Source of the DNA: Felis catus
Lineage: Eukaryota
Length of the DNA stretch: 64,000 bases
Direction of reading: 5' to 3'
Assembly: GCF_018350175.1 (NCBI RefSeq)
Contig: NC_058368.1
Coordinates: forward strand, 69,318,001 to 69,382,000
Below, in pieces: positions 51,955 through 64,000 of the stretch. Made by a program: the position numbers and the translations under genes. The notes under the pieces were generated by a model. The model worked only from the letters and a program-made list of their open reading frames with translations. It did no database searches and was not told the DNA's origin. Positions within the stretch are counted from its first letter, which is position 1. Each line of letters opens with the position of its first letter.

Positions 51955-52174
51955 TTTTTTTTGTTTTGTTTTGTTTTCTTTTTTTATTAGAGAGGGAGAA
52001 AGAGAGAATGAGTCGGGGAGGGGCAGAGAAAGAGGGAGACACAGAATCGGAAGCAGGCTCCAGGCTCCCAGCTGTCAGCACAGAGCCCAATATGGGGCTC
52101 GAACTCACAAACCACGAGATCATGACCTGAGCCAAAGTCGGACACTCAACCGACTGAGCCACCCAGACGCCCCC
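51955..52174 (-). mobile_element. CAN-SINE
   Basis: TSD tggcttactctt. Confidence 0.9.
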
Positions 52175-52600
52175 TGGCTTACTCTTAAAATGCCCATAAA
52201 TCCTTTTGAACTTCACATTTATTTGGAAATCATTTTGCCATATAAGAAACTGCCATATAAGAGCTATTCTTAGTAATAGCTCTGTTGTTTTGTTTTGTTT
52301 TTTTAATAAGTCACAAGTTATTTATAAGGCACTTAGAATGTCCTATTTATTGTTTGGCCCTTGAAACTAACCTGAGATGAGCCAAGTATTTTTCTTAATT
52401 TACATGGGAAAACACTGAAGAGCTAATAAATAAAATTAGCTGGTTTTTCTGCCACTGAATTTGATTTTAATGAATGCATAATCATTTTATAAAGATCCTA
52501 TAGCAGAATTCCATATTGGGGGAAGGATATAGGAAAATATGAGTGCTTGCGTAATTTTTCCTTAATTTTCATTTATAATGGCTTTCTTCTCTTTGGTCAG

Positions 52601-52742
52601 TAATCACCCAATCGTTCTTGGCCCCAACAACACCAATCTGCCCAAAATATTCAGTATAATTGCAGAAGGAGAAATGCATGAGGCAATTAAACATGAAGAT
52701 CCTTGTGCCAAACGTCTGGCTAATGTAGTCCGCCAAGTACAG
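52601..52742 (+). CDS. IPO5: IPO5 coding exon 25 ([10 protein letters not shown]...RQVQ)
   Basis: ctttggtcag| ... CAG|GTAAGC; 142 nt. Confidence 0.95.
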
Positions 52743-53345
52743 GTAAGCTGTTTTGCGGAAATGAAACAGTTTCTTAGGGAGGTGTTTTGTTTTGTTTTCT
52801 GTTCTACAAGGAAAAAAATAGGTACCCAATGAGCAAAGGAAGTTTCATTTTTATATTCTCTTGTCTCCAACCTTCAGATTACTTAATGTATACTGTGTCT
52901 ATATGTTCTCATCTTTTATCAGTACTAAAATGTTTGTCTTAAACTTGAGATACTTCAAACCTTCCACTTGGTGCTTAGCACATACTCCTGTAGAAGGTTT
53001 TTTTTGCATTGTCTGTGAAGAAAAAAAGATGAGATTTTAATAGTAAATGAGCTGTCAGCTACCAAAGTTTTTTAAGTGATTTATGCTCCTTATTCCTTTG
53101 TGTTGTTTACTTGACTGTGTCCTCTACCTAATATAGCTTTTTCAGGTTAGATTGGATGAAGAAAACAGTGTGAGTGAAATGAACTTTAAAGAAATGCATA
53201 GATTTCTTGCTTTTATGATGGCACTCCTCAAACTACATCGACAGAAAGTATTTGGCATTATTATAGTCTACCTAATGATGAGTAGTAAAATACTTCTAAA
53301 TGACCATTTCACTGAATCTAAATGTATGAAATTGTTTTTTCCTAG

Positions 53346-53432
53346 ACTTCTGGAGGATTGTGGACTGAGTGCATAGCACAGCTCAGTCCCGAGCAGCAGG
53401 CAGCCATACAGGAGCTCCTGAACTCTGCTTGA
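53346..53432 (+). CDS. IPO5: IPO5 last coding exon (TSGGLWTECIAQLSPEQQAAIQELLNSA*)
   Basis: ttttttcctag|; TGA at 53430-53432. Confidence 0.96.
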   Translation, partial: TSGGLWTECIAQLSPEQQAAIQELLNSA

Positions 53433-55870
53433 AGGGCCTTAATATCACCACCAGAAAACTAACTCCAAATAAACGTTTACCCTTTTGTTTAGGTTTCTTT
53501 GTTTTGTTTTTGGGCAAAAGAGAACGGTAGAGTTGTGTTGTGTAGGCCATTCTTCTGCAAAGCCACAACAGCAGGAAGAGAAGCACTGGGTTTCAGAGTG
53601 GGGTTTGAAAGGATTTCTATGGTACCACTGAAGAGGTTCCCTGTAAGCCCTACAGCAGCACTGAAGAGTATTTTTCTATTGGTATAAGCCACCCACGTGA
53701 AGGTGAAAGGGAAGGAAAATTAATTTTTCTCATTAGACTTAAGGAAATTTAAGACAAAACAGCTTTAAGATCAGTTATTCAGTGTAGATGTGTACTAAAA
53801 CAATTTGCTATACACCTAGTGTTCTATTAATTGGATGTGAGTCTTTTTGTAGGGTAGAAAGAAGCCTTCTACCCAACAAACCAGTAGATCTAAAAATTGG
53901 AAGAAAAAAAAAAAAGCTGAAGACAAAAACAAGCATGAAAATGTCATATTTGATGTCACTTTCAGTTTTTTCCCAAAAGGCTTATGCAGTGACTCAATCT
54001 GGAAAGCTCTCCAGCTTCCAGCCCTTGAATGTGAAGTGTCGTTGGCATGTCTGGCAGTAGTGTCTCATTCACTCAATAAACAACATTGAAGTACAAAGAG
54101 ATCTGTGTAGAAATTCAGTACTGTCTGGCTTTGATTCATTTAATGTTTTTAATATAAGAATAAGCTAATATTTTTTTAGAGTAGCAACTATGTCTTCGAA
54201 GGTTTTCTTTTTCCCCTAATATTTTCCTTGTGCATTTAGTTTTTACCATCTTCCACTTTAATTTAAGCTAAGTTATATACCTATTCCTTCACAACCGGTA
54301 TCCCTTTAAAGTTTGCAAATTTCAACCAATAGTTTTTTTAAACTAGTGTTGTTCTGGTAGATAAAAAAGATCTGGCTTAGTATTTTCACTGCAAATTGTA
54401 ATTGATAGGGAGCCACGTACAACTTTCAGACTTTTAATTTTATGATAACTATTATGCCTAAAATTATTTGCTGATAAATTCAGTAAAATGTATGAAATTT
54501 TTTTCCTTGTGTGTTAACCTCATAGCAGTGAATGACTTGCTGTTGTTTCTTTACATAATTTTTCTAAGGGATCTTAATAGATTTCTGTTGAAACTTCAGT
54601 GTTAACACTTTTATAGTTTGTACTAAATTTAACCGTGATACAAAAATGAATTTTATGCATAGATCAGAATTTAAAATTAAAGATTTTTTCTTTAAGTGAT
54701 TTGCATTACTTTATTAAAATTAAATCTGAAATGGAATAGAAAGAATGAGTTAAAATTAAGATGGTTCACTTGGTAGCAAATATCCTTCAAATATATTTTC
54801 AGTTTTCAGCACATTGTTAGCCCAGAAGCTTCAGTATCCTGCAGAACAGCATTGAATGACTTCACCAGCACAATCATTGCTTTCAGTGGGCACCTACTCG
54901 ACCGTTTTGTAACGTGTGTGGGTAACACTTGGAACTACTTTATACCCTGTATTCCTGTTGGAGTAAAATGTGTCAAGACAACTCCTTTGTGCTTTCTTAT
55001 GTAGAATAGAGTTTGGAAGGCCGAATCGTGTACTGATTGCAATAGCAGTTTCACTGTTGTTTTTAATTTAAATTATTACAACACTTAAAACATGTTAAAA
55101 ATGTGGCGCGCCTGCCTAAGTTGAAATGGAAGTGTGATCAGAAGATGGCTGCATGTTTTTGGAGAATCTAGTGTCTGCAAAGCTCTGTACTAAGTACTTA
55201 CGGGTAAGATTCGTAGCTTCTGGTTTAAACACTAATGGGAAAGTCAGAAGATGGAGCAGTGAAGAGTCAGTAAGATCCCTGAAAGAAGTAAATGGGTGCA
55301 GATCCATCCTCGGGCTAGAAATAGAGAAACAACTGAAACTGAATCGCATTCATCAGGGAGAGGTTGGTATTAAAGGCTGTTACTGTGCCATGATCCGGAA
55401 ATCCAGGGCTTGTAACTAATTGTAATATGTTCATGAACTAACGGTTCTTTGGAATTATCTGGGGACACATTTTTAATACCTCATTTTATCTACACAAGAT
55501 GAAAATTCATGTTTTTTCCTTTTGTACCAAATTTAGTTGCCTGGTGGCCTTGCGTGTCAGCCAACAATGGTATATTTATGAATCCAAGCTATTTCTGGAG
55601 GAAAATCATGTGTGTGGCTCTTACGTTTTCTGGGTATTTTGTAACAAAGGATTAAGTTACCTGCACAAGTATTAGAAATTTGTAGCAAAACTTATTTGGA
55701 GTATTTTTTTAATGCTGTAAATTTAAAGAAAAGTAAAATTGTCTTAAAGCTAATTTGACACTTCTGTAATGGAAGGCAACTTTATCATAACTCTGGAGTT
55801 GTAGTTTGACTAACTGAACCATCACTAAATAATACGCAAATAAACATTCTTGATGCACCTGGTCTCATAG
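53433..55870 (+). other. IPO5: Probable IPO5 3' UTR with tandem poly(A) signals (AATAAA at 53468, 54075, 55839)
   Basis: AU-rich, repeat-poor stretch after the stop codon with three canonical hexamers; the true 3' end cannot be determined from sequence. Confidence 0.55.
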
Positions 55871-56742
55871 TAAATAAGGGGGGTGCATATTAATAGTGGT
55901 GTGAGCATTATATTTTTATTAAGGCATTTTAAGCAATTTGGAAGCCCCTCACAGCAAGGTAATGTTTTATTTAGTATGGCTTCATTCTGCCTACAGGTAT
56001 TGGATAAAAGTTTTTTGGCTTTCATCTTGTTGCATAGAAATCACTACTCCTATTCCTCTTTGCCTCAAAGGAGTGATGGCCAGAAGCTGCCGTCTTTGAT
56101 TTCCTTAGCTCCAAACGTGGCAGTACCACTGTTTCAGAAGAGTGTGAACCAACTGCAACGAGGAGGCTGGGATTTTCATTTCCAACACTTGAACTTCTGA
56201 AGCAGAGGGGCAGGGGTAACAAACCATTCTGGACTAGACTTGCTTACCCCCCTCCTTACCCCCTCCCTTTTTTTTTTTACACAGACCTTTAGTCCAGACA
56301 GTCATTGCCTAGACTATACAGATTATATTGTTTATATGAATGGATAAATACTAACACTTAGAAGATAAAATTATAGCTCAGTTGTTACTTTCTAAAAACT
56401 GAATCCAGAAGCGGTGTGGTATGTATGGATTTTATGCAAAACATCTCCCAAATGCTTAATTCTAGTTAAGGCAGAAGAGTGATTCTGAAATGTTTCTTGG
56501 TGATTCTGATCTTTCATTGTTTCCTCAATCTATAAGTCTCTGTCCTCCTTGACTGTCCTTCAGATTGTGATGGAAATCAAGACTTGCGCCGTTTGTGTGG
56601 ATAAGGAATTAGTTCCCCTTTGTCTCTGGACACTTTGTGACAGATGGGTAGAAAATGTCCAAGTTTTCCATTGCAGCCTGACCACACCCTGTGTTTTCAG
56701 GCACACCTTGAAAGAAAGATCATGGTGTTGAGTGATGAAAAC

Positions 56743-56926
56743 CAGGGGTCAGCAAACTTTCTAAGGGACAAAAAATATTTTAGGCTTTGCAGGCTCAAAG
56801 GTCTCTCTTAAAACTACTTAGCTGCCATTCTAGCGCCAGACCGTCCGTAGGCGATACCAAACGAGAGGGTGTGGCTGTGTCTCCTTAATCTACAAAAACA
56901 GGCTGGCCGTGGTTTGCTGACATCTG
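56743..56926. mobile_element. MER58A-like hAT-Charlie MITE
   Basis: TIRs caggggtcagcaaac / gtttgctgacatctg; 8-bp TSD ATGAAAAC/ATGAGAAC. Confidence 0.85.
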
Positions 56927-58072
56927 ATGAGAACCATTGCTTGGGTTCAAAAGTCTCACTGTACATGTATTAACACCTTGGACAAATTAACCTATGTCTT
57001 AGTCGCCTTCTCAAAAGTGGGAGCAATAGCACACACGCATTTTGGCTGCAACTACTTACTAGTCTAGGCCCTCCTAGAGCCCCCGTATTTCTCTGCCTCA
57101 GTATTCGTTTGTAAAACAGTCTGTCGACAGATCTACCACACGGGATGGTTGTGAGGCCTGAGGTAGTACAACACCAGAAGCACCTGAGACTGCCTAGCGG
57201 TGCAGGTTTGCTATTTGAGTACACGTTTGAAGAGGTAGAATTAAATCTGGACAGCATCTGCTTTTACAACTAGTTACGTCATAGTTACTCCATGGAACGT
57301 GGAGTAGTACTTCCCAGCGAGAATGCGGTCACTTTGATTAAGCTGTGTAACAAACACTGACCGGCTTCAGTGCAAGTGCTGAACAAAACGTCTGCCTTTA
57401 GGTAGGGGACACCCAATTACATAACAAAAGTAGAAGGTAGAATAGGAAGAAAGAGAACTAACATATCAAGTACTGCAAATAGGGGATGTACACAGTGGCC
57501 TTAAACTGCCCACTCCTGGTCCCTGAAGAAACCCCTGAGCTGAAGCTTTCTGCCTGGCCTTGCTGGCACCGTGGAGCTGGTGCTAGGGTTGTGTCACAGA
57601 TGGCCCAGAGTACCAGACCATCACGTGCTCTCTTGGAGGGTGAAGGAGCCGGGCACAGAAAGCCTGTTGGGTGCCCAAACCCTCTCCCCGCAACCGAGCA
57701 CAACTCCTGCCTAGGGGAAGTGTTGCCAGTAAATCACAATCTGGTTGACCGTGAAAAATGCCGAAGTATTTGTTGCCCATTTAGAAACCTGGTCCCAATC
57801 CCCAACTGCAGCTAACTCTTGTTTCACAATATGTAGAAACCTAGTGGGGCAGGTGAGCTTTTTGTGTCTGTTTCTGTCCCACGTGTACATGACTGCCCCT
57901 TACCATTTAATTTCACACTCCCAGACTTTTCCCAAACTCCTTTCGGCTTCAGCTGACACGTCTTACATAGGTCTAAAATTTGGCCTTTATAACAAAGACT
58001 GACTGCAAATAGTGGGAAAATACAGGATTGTGGCCATATTGCACTTTGTGCTTTAAAAATATTTAAGGTTTA

Positions 58073-58733
58073 TGGGGCATCTAGGTGGCTTAGTTGGTTG
58101 CGTCCAATCTCGCAGTTCATGAAGTTGAGCCCCATGTTGGGCTCTGTGCTGCCAGCTCAGAGCCTTGAGCCTGCTTTGGAATCTGTCTCCCCCTCTCCCT
58201 GCCCCTCCCCCGCTCACATTGTCTCAAAAATATTTTTGAAAATTTTTAATAAAAATATTTAAAGTTTATTAAAGGGGCACCTGAGTGGCTCAGTCAGTTG
58301 AGCTTCCTTCCAACTCTTGGTTTCAGCTCAGGTCATGATTTCATGGTTCGTGAGTCTGAACCCTGCATGGGTCAGTGCAGAGCCTGCTTGGGATTCTCCA
58401 CCCCCCCACCCCGCTCGCACTCTATTTTGAGAGAAAAACACAACCTGTCAATTTTTAGTGTTCCTGAATTGTCTCGAGAGAAAAGGTTACCACTACTATA
58501 TAAAAGATCAGTAAGTCGTAAGACCAAGAACTCAGGGGCCTTTTCTAAAAAAGTTTACTCTGAGAGAAAGCAAGCAGAGGAAGGACACACAGAGAGAGAG
58601 GGAGAGTATCCCAAGCAGGCTCCAAGCTGTCAGCCCCAGAGCCTGACGTGGGGCTCTATCTCATGGCTGTGTGATCATGACCTGAGCGGAAATCAAGAGT
58701 TGGACCCTTAACCAGCAGCCACCCAGTACCCCT
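58073..58733. mobile_element. CAN-SINE cluster (+ 58073-58230, + 58274-58440, - 58541-58733)
   Basis: SINE heads and tails. Confidence 0.85.
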
Positions 58734-59948
58734 GTGAAGATACTAAAGGGGGTACTTTCTGATTCACAATGGAGATCGCCCCTTCCCTCCCGAGATGGAA
58801 GCTTCCAGATCTCTGCCACCAAAGACAGTGAGTGGGAGGCCCTGCAAAAGCCTTCAGGGATCCCACTCACTCCAAAGCTACTTGCTTCCCTAGATGGCCT
58901 GTGCGATCCCAGTGCAGAGGCCAGCTCAGACAAGTCATTCCCAGAGGTGTGCAAGGCTGGGGGCCAGGCAGCAGGGCCTGCTTCCGGCTCTGATCCACGG
59001 TCCCCCACAGCCCTGCCTCCCCAAGTACCCAGCAGCCCAAACCCCATTCCCTCCTGGGAAGGGAGCCCTGGACCCACGGACTTCTGCTGTTTTGAAAACT
59101 GCTTAGACCTGCAGGTAAGGTGCTGTCTCCCTCATCCCCCGCTCTACTTTGTTGTACTAGACCATTTGCTTCTTGCCTGGGCCTGTTTTCATTGCAAACA
59201 TCTCAACCTGGCCTTTATCTGATCTAACTAGAATAGATGACATGGTTTCTGAATTGTTGCTCTTGGATGCTCCAAAGGCTTCTCTAATTTTGTGCGGTGG
59301 AGAGTGCTGGTGACAGTTCAATGGAATGATGTAACCCAAGTGCTTACGTGGTTCAGGGTAGTGGCTTTACTATGACACCTACACCCAGGTCCCGGAGACC
59401 AGCCGCCAATTAAATACTCCAAAACCAACCAAGATTGGAAAACCTGATAATCTGAGCTTTCTGCTTCTGAACTCAGGTGAACATTTTGCTGGAAATATTT
59501 TAATTATTTATGAAAAGGTCCTTGACATTTTCTGAAGCAGATGGCAGTGGATAAGTAAGGAATGGGTAGATAATCACTGTTTGCTTATTTAAAAAAAATA
59601 AAGGTCTCTTCCTTAGTTGGCATATGGGTATTTCGAGAAGAGGCTCAAATTCTGCGGAGTCTTAAATTTTTTTTTTAATTATTTAACTTATTTTTACACA
59701 AAGGGCCACCTGTACCTGGTTCAAACTTCAAGATTTATTTTAAAAATGATTCAGGGAAAAGTCTCTTTTCACTCTTGTGCCTCAGCTGGCCCCATTGAGC
59801 TTTCCTTGTGAAAGAAAAATTCATAGACTTGGTCCCAACAGGACTTTTTTGCCCTGTATTTGATAACCTCCCTCTGGAAGGAAATCAGCATTCCAGATGA
59901 AAAGCCTATGCTTTCTGATGGATATGAGTCAGGTTAACAGTTCTGAGA

Positions 59949-60058
59949 AGGGCACCTGGCTGACTCAGGAAGTAGTACACAACTCTCCATCTGGGGGTTG
60001 TGAGTTCAAATTACACGTTGGGTGCAGAGATTACTAAAAAAAAAAAAAAAAAAAAAAA
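59949..60058 (+). mobile_element. Short CAN-SINE
   Basis: gggcacctggctgactcag head, long A tail. Confidence 0.8.
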
Positions 60059-61228
60059 TAGATTTTTTTTAATGTAGTTCGAAAAAACAAAAAAAAACCA
60101 AAACTATTCTGAAAAACTACCCACCTACCTAGTTAACCCAGCCTGAACTCTAATCAGACATTTGGTTTATTTTGTTTTATTTTTTTTTTAAGCCAACAGT
60201 GATTACCTAACCTAATTTTTTCGTGCCTCTAAATGCCTCTGCTATGAAAGAAATCTTTGAAATTGGCCTGCTCAAGATCTATGTTCCTGCAGTAAATTTA
60301 TACTAAAGTTCCAACATACTACATTGTCTGAAAGGATTTTTTAAGCCATCTTCCGTCTTATGTATCCTTCCAAGGTGATGAATATTCAAATGGATCTTTG
60401 GAATGAAAGTACATCATTTTCACTAGGAATTATCAATAACCAGCTCTATTAAAGGTGGAGGTTAAAGATCTTTTGCCCTCTAAATTGAAACGCTCAGTAC
60501 TGGTTATCATCAAATTGGTAAAATGAGGTCATCACATTGATTTAGAACCTCATTTCGTTTTAAACTAAGTGGCATTGGGCCAAAAATCCTTTTATTGCTA
60601 AATCAGCATAAAGTCTCGCTCTCATTAGGGAGAATATTTTCAAGTATGCATTTTCATAAAATAATTATCTTTACTAGCATTCCATTTTATTTTTTAAAGT
60701 TTAATAACATAGTTCTGTTCTTAATGTGTTTAGTTTTGTGGTTACCTGCTATTTATAGCAAACGATACCAGTTTTTTATTTGGGTAATGACTTAAAATTT
60801 TCTCTTAAAGCACTTTTTAAAAAGCGAGTTGATTTTTTAAATTATAATGCAAATACAGACACCATTGCCCTGAGGGTGCAGCAAAAATCATGCAGATGGT
60901 ACTCATGATTAAATTTGAGATACTTCTTGACCAAGGTTTGCAATGAAATCCTGCAGGATCGACAAGTTTTGTCCTTTGTTATGAGAAATGCAATGCCATG
61001 GTTGTTCTGTCAGGTTAGACAAACAAAATTCAGCAATAGGCTCAGCCAACAGGACACTTGGAGGCATGGACCAAAAACTAAAGAACTGTACAGGTTTGGG
61101 GATTTTTTTTTAAATTGTGTTGTTTTAAAACAACTTCAAATTCATAGGTAAGTGTACAAAATAGCACACAGAACTCCCATATCTCCCTTCTCCAGATTCA
61201 CCACCTTGAATGTTTACCTCCCAAATCC

Positions 61229-61636
61229 CTTGAGGGTGATGGAACCTGCCTCCTTGACCAAGCTCTGAGCAGGTTCCTCTGAGCACTTCTTCACACAGAC
61301 CTTGACTTTCAGACTTCCTCTCTGCCTTGTCCAATCTAGCCAGAATTGTGCTATCAGTGGGGCCGCTGGACATTCAATATCCAGTCAGGTTCAGGGTCCT
61401 GCAGGTTGGTTCAGCCAGAACCCCACGTACCCCTCTTCACGGTTTTCCATCCGCCGAGCCCCACCTTGCCCCTTGCCTGGAAATCCCCACTTGTCCTCGT
61501 TGGAGTCAGAGCTGAGCCTGGTCTCTGCCACAGCATGGACCCACTGTCCTGGACCCTACACCTGTCACAACGGCCTCCCTGAATAAAGTCCACCTTGCCT
61601 TCTTAGCCAGTGTCATGAAAAATCTTTTCTTTAGCA
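61229..61636 (+). mobile_element. ERV1-type LTR fragment (MER34/MER39-like) within an old L1 3' remnant
   Basis: LTR-type end aataaagtcc...gtgtcatgaaaaatcttttctttagca; flanks resemble L1MC 3' UTR. Confidence 0.55.
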
Positions 61637-61819
61637 AAAGTTACAGAATCCTAACCCGCTGTTCCTTCACAGTTCAGCACACATCTCCCAAGAATAAGGA
61701 CATTTCCGTAAACACCACAGTATCATCACCATCAGAAAACTTAACGTCACCACAATAGTGTCCAGTGTCACATCCATGTTGAAAATTCACCAGTTGTGCT
61801 GGTCATTCATTCACTCATT

Positions 61820-62190
61820 CACTCCAAGCTTCCCTTGCTCTGCTCTCTGACACTGGGGTTGGGACTTTGCCAAGTGCATTTGCAGGGCTCCCTTGCCAGC
61901 TAGCTCCTGTGGGGACCCTACCGACGGGAGGCCCCGCTGGGAGACGTGGCAGGGAGAGGAGAAGGAAGGAGTAGGAGGAAGCTAGCACGTCAAACTCCAG
62001 CTTCCCAAGGGCTTCCCAGCATCAGGCACAGCACCCGCCTCCCACCCCAGCTTTGGGAGTGGGGAGCCAGCCCCCTGAGCTCTGGTTCCGGCCAGCCCAG
62101 CCCTTCTTTGCTCCCCTAGCCCTTGGGTAGTAGCTGCTCCCCAGAGTAGGAGAATCTCGCTTACCTCGGCCCCAGGCATCACAACTGCTT
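61820..62190. mobile_element. LTR33-like (ERV-L) fragment
   Basis: ctctgctctctg...ggctcccttgccagctagct...gggaggc...gggaga motif series. Confidence 0.45.
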
Positions 62191-63677
62191 TGTGAATTTA
62201 CCGATGTTTGAGTACCCTGTGTCTTACTCTTTCAGCCTTCCAATGTCTCTATGTGACCGATATTTTATTCGCTCTGTCTCATTTTTGTAATTGCATTTTT
62301 TCAACTGTGGTAAATACACAAAACGTTGAGATTACCATCTTAGCCACTTTTAAGGGAGCAGTTGAGGATTGTGGGGTGCGCTTTCATTGCCGTGCAGCAT
62401 CGGAGTCTGGGGGTTCATGCATTATATCTGCCTTCTAACCTAGAAGGATTTAAACTCTTATCTTCAGGGCCCACAGAGAACAGGTGCACAACGAACGGCT
62501 TGGACAGGAGAATGAATGGAAAGCAGAAGCCTAAGGAAAGAATGAGCAAGTGCATGTTTTCCCCTGAGACTAGCGCTGGGTGGGGAAAAGCATGGACTCT
62601 GAAGGCATTTGAATTGTCCATGTGCTTTATTAAGGGGGTGGGTTTGGAAAATGTACTTGGCATTGACAAGCTTCCTACCTCGGTTTGCTCATTGGGAAAT
62701 GGGGAAATAAATGCCTATTCCGCAGAGTTGCAATGAGGGCTAAGTGAGGTCAAGGGCGCAAAGGCCAGGGAATTCCTAGGTGCACAGCAAGGTGGGCCCT
62801 GCCCGCCCACAGGCCCTTCCTGCCCAGCACAATGCTGGCAAATCCTTATATCTCAGAACAAAATGTAGTTGATAGGTTGACGGTAGACACAGTGAAACAA
62901 TAACCAAGACAGAATCTGTGACTCATTTATTACAGGGTGGGTGTCCTAAAAGCCCAAGAATATTAGATATCAAAAAAAGGCTTTGCTCTTTTACCTTAAA
63001 ATGTATGCAAAATATATTTTTTAATGACTAGATCTTAAATATCCATCATCCCGAATGATGCTAATAGCAAGTAAATAACCCCCCGACGAAATCAGTGTGC
63101 GGAAGATAATATTACTGTTCCCTAATCATTGGGACTATCAGTGGTTTGCATTATGAGCAGCTTATGTGAGATTTTTATACTCTGTTTTGGGTGGCATCTT
63201 GGGTTACTTAAAAATGTGTCTTCCTGGAGAAAACTCTGAGAACCTTGAGGGGGCAGCAAAGGAGCATCACAACTTGAGGTTGAAGAACAATGAGGAGTTT
63301 CGTCATTTTGGGGAAGAGATACACTAACCTATCCTGAAGCAGTTTCTAAAGAATGTACCAGTTCTATTAGAAATACCTCAACGTATTCTGTTGCTGCCCA
63401 GGATTCTACTTTCGCCCCTTCCGAGGTCAACGTTCAGAGCATAAACAGGGAAGAAACACAGGTTACTGTGAATAATCAGAGCCGTTGGGGACTGGTCCTC
63501 TCCTGGGTTAATTATCAGTGTATTTGCACTGTATTATCTTTTCTGACCCTCCTCCATTGTTGGGACAAATAATCTGATTAACAACACAAACTTGGTAAAG
63601 CATGAGGCCTGAGCTGCTATTTATGTAAAATTATTTTGAAATTTTTCCACATTGGAGGAATTTTTAAAAGCTCTTTC

Positions 63678-63887
63678 TGGGGCACCTGGGTGGCTCAGTC
63701 ATTTAAGTGTCCAACTTCGACTCGGGTCATGATCTCACAGTTTGTGAGCTCGAGCCCCACATCAGGCTCTGCACTGATAACACAGATCCTGCTTGGGATT
63801 CTCTCTCTCTGTCTCTTTCTGTCTCTCCCCCACTCATGTGCTCTTTCTCTGTCTCTCAAAATAAGTAAATAAACATAAAAAAAAAAA
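63678..63887 (+). mobile_element. CAN-SINE
   Basis: ggggcacctgggtggctcag head, CT tract, A tail. Confidence 0.9.
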
Positions 63888-64000
63888 CTGTCTATATAGT
63901 CAGTGCCTGATAAATGCCAACTAATTATTTGACCTTCGATACATATGTGGCAGATAATTAACTGCTACATAGCATTAGTCTTTAAAGCAATGTTTAGATC

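Larger units (their letters stand above)
11669..53432 (+). other. IPO5: IPO5 gene, coding span (importin-5, HEAT-repeat nuclear import receptor; 26 coding exons, 1097 aa)
   Basis: Spliced translation runs [23 protein letters not shown]...QAAIQELLNSA*, which I recognise as importin-5. Exon lengths sum to 3294 nt with consistent phases; 24 GT-AG introns and 1 AT-AC intron. Confidence 0.98.

Noticed and set aside
58661..59222. 138-162 aa ORFs and a strong donor-like CAG|GTAAGG near 59113
   Set aside because: The ORFs start or end at SINE sequence, are low-complexity and resemble no known protein; no partner exon identified.
16800..63872. Numerous 60-115 aa ORFs such as MAQLVKRPTLAQV... and ...RERGRHRI...
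   Set aside because: Translations of CAN-SINE bodies, not genes. The SINE heads are tRNA-derived but are not tRNA genes.

Overview
Mammalian genomic DNA. The CAN-SINEs of SINEC_Fc type and an L1_Fc-like 3' end indicate a felid carnivore. The window holds the complete + strand importin-5 gene (IPO5/RanBP5/karyopherin beta-3). I mapped 26 coding exons by hand (ATG 11669 to TGA 53432); they sum to 3294 nt, i.e. 1097 aa, with all phases consistent. The first coding exon lies in a CpG island. Intron 18 (44232-45867) is a minor-spliceosome (U12-type) AT-AC intron. A candidate upstream exon (about 6031-6138) splices in frame onto an acceptor 4 nt before the main ATG, but its ATGs sit one nucleotide out of frame and form a uORF. 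Two 87-nt introns are in frame and stop-free. A 63-bp direct repeat brackets exon 4. The rest is transposon-derived: L2, old L1, a young 5'-truncated L1, MLT2, ERV1-like and LTR33-like LTRs, hAT and Tigger DNA elements, and about 30 CAN-SINEs, several nested or inverted. Repeat family names and the comparison with human IPO5 come from recalled consensus sequences, not from a search. Repeat boundaries are approximate. I see no evidence for a wholly novel multi-gene system.
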